In this document: positions 39,276-42,780 of the stretch, in pieces
Numbering within the stretch: position 1 is the first letter of the stretch
How the letters are laid out: every line of letters begins with the position of its first letter
From: an uncultured Mailhella sp.
Lineage (GTDB): Bacteria; Desulfobacterota; Desulfovibrionia; Desulfovibrionales; Desulfovibrionaceae
Direction: 5' to 3'
Length of the DNA stretch: 42,780 bases
NCBI GenBank assembly: GCA_948482415.1
Contig: CAOMFZ010000001.1
Span: 1 to 42,780, forward strand
The notes under the pieces: model-generated
Told to the model about the DNA's origin: nothing
Seen by the model: only the letters and a program-made list of their open reading frames with translations
The model's database searches: none
Made by a program: the position numbers and the translations under genes

Positions 39276-39629
39276 ATGCTTACCTCTATTGCTTATGCTG
39301 CTGCCGGAAATCCGGGCGCTGCCGGTGACGCCGGCGGAATGTTCGCTTCATTTGTTCCCCTTATTCTTATGTTTGTTGTGTTCTATTTCCTCTTAATCCG
39401 TCCACAACAAAAAAGAGCAAAACAACACAAAGAAATGCTCAACGCACTGAAAAAAGGTGACTATGTTATTACCTCCGGCGGATTGCTTGGCCGTATTGTT
39501 GAAATCAACGGCGACATTTTCACCATTGACCTTGGCGACTCAAAAGTTCGTACTCCCCGCTCCTATGTAAGCGGAACATATGATCCTAAAAATTTGGAAA
39601 GCGTTTCTGCTGACGAACCAAATAAATAA
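39276..39629 (+). CDS. yajC: preprotein translocase subunit YajC
   Basis: FYFLLIRPQQKRAK, LKKGD.VITSGG; ATG 39276 after GGAGG. Confidence 0.96.
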   Translation: MLTSIAYAAAGNPGAAGDAGGMFASFVPLILMFVVFYFLLIRPQQKRAKQHKEMLNALKKGDYVITSGGLLGRIVEINGDIFTIDLGDSKVRTPRSYVSGTYDPKNLESVSADEPNK

Positions 39630-39638
39630 TGCAAATTT

Positions 39639-39666
39639 ACCTCTCCTTTTCGGGAGAGGTTTATTT
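39639..39666 (+). terminator. hairpin between yajC and secD (weak terminator or mRNA stabiliser)
   Basis: ACCTCTCC-TTTTCG-GGAGAGGT followed by TTATTT. Confidence 0.55.
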
Positions 39667-39700
39667 GTCCTGAAAGCCAAAATTCAATTTGGGATAATCC

Positions 39701-41281
39701 ATGAAATCAATTACCTTTCGCTTATTCCTGTCAATTTTCGTGCTGTTGGCAGGTCTATACTGTGCACTGCCCAATATTCCTGCTATAGGAAACAGTTTTT
39801 TAAAAGATATATTCCCCGAACAGCGTATCAATTTAGGACTTGACCTGAAAGGGGGCATGAACTTAACCCTCGGTGTTGATGTTGAAAAAGCGCTGGAAAG
39901 CACCCTTTCCATTACCGGACAAGGTGTGCGTGAACGTGTTATTTCCGAGGGTCTCAATATTTTGCGTCCGCGCATGACTGACGGACAGCTTGAAATCATC
40001 GTTCCAAAAGCCGGTGACGTAAGCAAAATCAGAGATATTATCCAAAAGTGGTATCCAAACTTACAGCTTGTTGCTGAAAATGCATATAATGCCGGTTCTT
40101 CCGAAGGACAAAGTTTAAAATATGTGCTGAATGACATGGCAAGAAAAGAAGCGGAAAATATGACCCTTGACCAGGTTGTGCGCACCATCAGAAACCGTAT
40201 TGACCAATTTGGGGTTGCGGAACCCGATATCCGTAAACAATCCAACAATCAGGTGCAGGTACAGCTGCCCGGACTGACGGATACAAGCCGTGCTATCCAA
40301 ATTGTCGGACAAACGGCACACCTTGAATTCAGACTTGTCCGTGATGATATCAACCCCAACAGTATGGTTCTGCCTGCCGGCACAAGCCGCTTCCCCATGC
40401 TGGATAAAAAAGGCGGACATTCCACCATTATTTTGGACAATGAAGTGCTCCTGACAGGTGCTGATATTGCCAATGCCCGCCCTGCTTTTGACCAGTTTGC
40501 CTCAGCCTATGTTTCTTTGAAATTCAGCCCTCAGGGTGCGCTGACCTTTGAAAAAATTACCGGCGAAAATATCAAGAAACGCCTTGCCATTGTGCTTGAC
40601 GGCGAAGTGTATTCCGCCCCTGTTATCCAAGACAGAATTGCCGGCGGTGAAGCAAGCATCAGCGGTGACTTTACCACTGATGAGGCAAATGACCTGGCTG
40701 TTGTTTTGCGTGCCGGTTCCCTGCCTGCTCCTGTGAATATTTTAGAAGAAAGAACAGTCGGTCCTTCTTTGGGGCAGGAATCCATTAACAGCGGTATCAC
40801 CGCTTCTTTAGTGGGCGCACTGCTTGTTCTTGGCATGATGCCTTTATTCTATGGCTTTTCCGGGCTTGTAGCCGATGTTCTCCTTTGCGGAACGCTGACC
40901 CTTTTATTTGCAGGACTTTCCATGTTTGGCGCAACCCTCACCCTTCCCGGCATTGCGGGGGTTGTTCTGACAATCGGTATGGCAGTTGACGCAAATGTGC
41001 TGATTTTTGAACGCATACGCGAAGAACTGCGGCTCGGAATGACCACAGCAGAAGCCATTTATGCAGGTTTCAACCGTGCAAGTATTTCCATTATCGACTC
41101 AAACCTGACAACAATTATTGCCGCAATTATTTTGTACCAGTTTGGTACGGGGCCAATCCGCGGATTTGCCATTACGCTTAGTCTCGGTATTGTGGCTTCA
41201 ATTTTTACTTCTGTTTTTGTCTGCCGCGCATGCTTTGAATGGTGGTCAAACAAAAATCCGGACAAGAAATTGAGCGTTTAG
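39701..41281 (+). CDS. secD: protein translocase subunit SecD
   Basis: LGLDLKGG, RIDQFGVAEP, AIVLDG, VGPSLG, GMAVDANVLIFERIREE. Confidence 0.98.
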   Translation: MKSITFRLFLSIFVLLAGLYCALPNIPAIGNSFLKDIFPEQRINLGLDLKGGMNLTLGVDVEKALESTLSITGQGVRERVISEGLNILRPRMTDGQLEIIVPKAGDVSKIRDIIQKWYPNLQLVAENAYNAGSSEGQSLKYVLNDMARKEAENMTLDQVVRTIRNRIDQFGVAEPDIRKQSNNQVQVQLPGLTDTSRAIQIVGQTAHLEFRLVRDDINPNSMVLPAGTSRFPMLDKKGGHSTIILDNEVLLTGADIANARPAFDQFASAYVSLKFSPQGALTFEKITGENIKKRLAIVLDGEVYSAPVIQDRIAGGEASISGDFTTDEANDLAVVLRAGSLPAPVNILEERTVGPSLGQESINSGITASLVGALLVLGMMPLFYGFSGLVADVLLCGTLTLLFAGLSMFGATLTLPGIAGVVLTIGMAVDANVLIFERIREELRLGMTTAEAIYAGFNRASISIIDSNLTTIIAAIILYQFGTGPIRGFAITLSLGIVASIFTSVFVCRACFEWWSNKNPDKKLSV

Positions 41282-41290
41282 GAGAAGCAT

Positions 41291-42424
41291 ATGCCTATTC
41301 AACTTATAAAAGATACTGTTAATATTGACTTCGTCGGCTATCGTAAAATTGCCTATGCGCTGACTTCTCTGCTCATTATCATTGGTTTGATCGCCATTAT
41401 TGTGAACAAAGGTTTAAACTATGGCGTTGACTTTGCCGGCGGCGTTATGGTGCAGATTGAATTTAAAAATGAAGTCAGCGATGAAGATGTAAAAGGCGCA
41501 CTCAAAGGCATTGAAATGCCCGGACTTATTGTCCAGAAAATCGGTGAAGACAATCACCATTATTTGCTGCGCTTCAGTGCCTCTGAAAGCGGACACAGAA
41601 ATTTAAGACAAGATTTGAACACAGCTTTACAGGAAAGTTTTCAGGGCAATGAAGTTGAAATAACCCGCCTTGAAATGGTTGGTCCGAAAGTTGGCTCAGA
41701 ACTTCGCGATATGGCAGTGGAAGCGGTTTTCTACTCTATTTTGCTGATTACTGTCTATATTTCCGGACGTTTTGAACATAACTGGTTTACTGCTGCGGGC
41801 ATTGCCGTGCTTTTGTGGGGCGTTATCTTTATTTTGGATTTCCTCTCCACCCACTTCAGCATTGTACTTTTCAATAAAATGTACGCCATTTGCTTTGCCC
41901 TTGCGGTCACGCTGGTGCTTGCGTGGAAAGTAAAACTCAACTATTCCCTCGGAGTACTCCTTTCCCTTGTCCATGACGTCTTTATTACCATTGGTTTGCT
42001 GACCTTATTCGGCAAAGAAATTGACCTCAATGTTATTGCAGCCCTGCTTACCTTAGTCGGTTATTCTTTGAACGATACCATTGTTATTTACGACCGTATC
42101 CGTGAAAATATTGCCAATGTTGCAAAACAGGAAGTAAAGCCGACAATCAGCGAAGTTATCAATTTGAGCGCAAACCAAACCTTGTCCCGTACCTTGATAA
42201 CTTCTCTTACCACACTGGCAGCCTGCCTCAGCCTGTATATACTTGGCGGCAGTGTTATCAATGACTTTGCCCTGACCATGCTCATTGGTATTATTGTCGG
42301 TTCTTATTCTTCAATCTTTGTTGCCAGCCCAATCCTTATGGCATTTGGCAATATTGATTTGTATATCAATCAGCAAAAGAAAGAGGAAGATTTTGAAAAA
42401 CCCGGCGCCCACGGCGTTGTATAA
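41291..42424 (+). CDS. secF: protein translocase subunit SecF
   Basis: GVDFAGG, VGPKVG, HDV, GYSLNDTIVIYDRIRE, TLSRT, GSYSSIFVA. Confidence 0.97.
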   Translation: MPIQLIKDTVNIDFVGYRKIAYALTSLLIIIGLIAIIVNKGLNYGVDFAGGVMVQIEFKNEVSDEDVKGALKGIEMPGLIVQKIGEDNHHYLLRFSASESGHRNLRQDLNTALQESFQGNEVEITRLEMVGPKVGSELRDMAVEAVFYSILLITVYISGRFEHNWFTAAGIAVLLWGVIFILDFLSTHFSIVLFNKMYAICFALAVTLVLAWKVKLNYSLGVLLSLVHDVFITIGLLTLFGKEIDLNVIAALLTLVGYSLNDTIVIYDRIRENIANVAKQEVKPTISEVINLSANQTLSRTLITSLTTLAACLSLYILGGSVINDFALTMLIGIIVGSYSSIFVASPILMAFGNIDLYINQQKKEEDFEKPGAHGVV

Positions 42425-42495
42425 CAATCTCTCGATTATTACTTTTTCTTCTCCACAAAAAAATATAAAAATATCTATTGAAACTCTCTCATACC

Positions 42496-42532
42496 AAAAA
42501 GCCCGTTATGATTGCTTCATAACGGGCTTTTT
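42496..42532 (+). terminator. Rho-independent (probably bidirectional) terminator after secF
   Basis: AAAAAGCCCGTTATGA-TTGCT-TCATAACGGGCTTTTT. Confidence 0.9.
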
Positions 42533-42559
42533 ATTGTACGCTTTAGCATAAAACACCGA

Positions 42560-42735
42560 CTAGAGCATTTCCTGATAATATTCAGAGTTATTCTTTTTCA
42601 AGGGAAGAAACTTTTACAGCCACCGAAGGCGACGAAGTCGTTTGCGTTAGCGAGTGAGCGAGCTTTACACAAATGGACAGCAGAGATAAAGTTTTTCCCC
42701 TGCAAAATTCTCAAGATTTACCGGAAATACTTTAG
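42560..42735 (-). mobile_element. 176-bp MITE-like palindromic repeat element, copy 2 (inverted relative to copy 1)
   Basis: Ends CTAGAGCATTTCC / GGAAATACTTTAG. Its reverse complement matches copy 1 in ATTTCCGGTAAATCTTG, TGCAGGGGAAAAACTTTA.CTCTGCTGTC and AAAAGTTTCTTCCC. Confidence 0.8.
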
Positions 42736-42780
42736 ATAGTGTCGTCAATTAACTTTTAATTTTTTTTAAACTCTGTTATT

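Noticed and set aside
42618..42687. CACCGAAGG...GACAGCAGAG resembles glycine riboswitch fragments
   Set aside because: The GGAGA and CUCUCAGG elements are missing, and copies lie downstream of genes in both orientations inside repeat elements rather than in 5' leaders.
42512..42739. 75-aa ORF in the track
   Set aside because: It starts inside the secF terminator, has no RBS and simply reads through the repeat element.

Overview
This is an AT-rich bacterial chromosome segment that looks like a Desulfovibrionaceae member. That assignment is inferred from the CxxxY-type CcmE, the ccmEFABCDI order, usp-hisC-cmk, yedF and the SecF with extra helices. Most of the window is housekeeping genes: trmN6-like, endoQ-like, PilZ protein, queA, a cytochrome c maturation operon (including a 45-aa ccmD missed by the ORF track), trkH, coaBC, corC, coaX, eno, lolA, tauE, yedF, der, LTA-synthase-like sulfatase, recR, Csd4/Pgp1-like carboxypeptidase, sfsA, a HisC-Cmk fusion, usp, tgt, paaI, mnmE and yajC-secD-secF. 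The accessory part is ~18.86-23.9 kb and holds a visibly AT-rich gtrB-gtrC-gtrA surface-glycosylation cassette behind an (AT)8 promoter tract. The strongest unexplained signal is a ~70-nt structured core with compensatory base changes, present three times. Two copies lie inside CTAGAGCATTTCC-bounded MITE-like elements (18863-19078 and 42560-42735, opposite orientations). The third lies inside a different 298-bp all-hairpin non-coding insert that is flanked by a 30-bp duplication of the 3' end of a gene. No transposase, integrase, reverse transcriptase, tRNA, rRNA or CRISPR array is visible. All calls come from reading the sequence; no database search was run.
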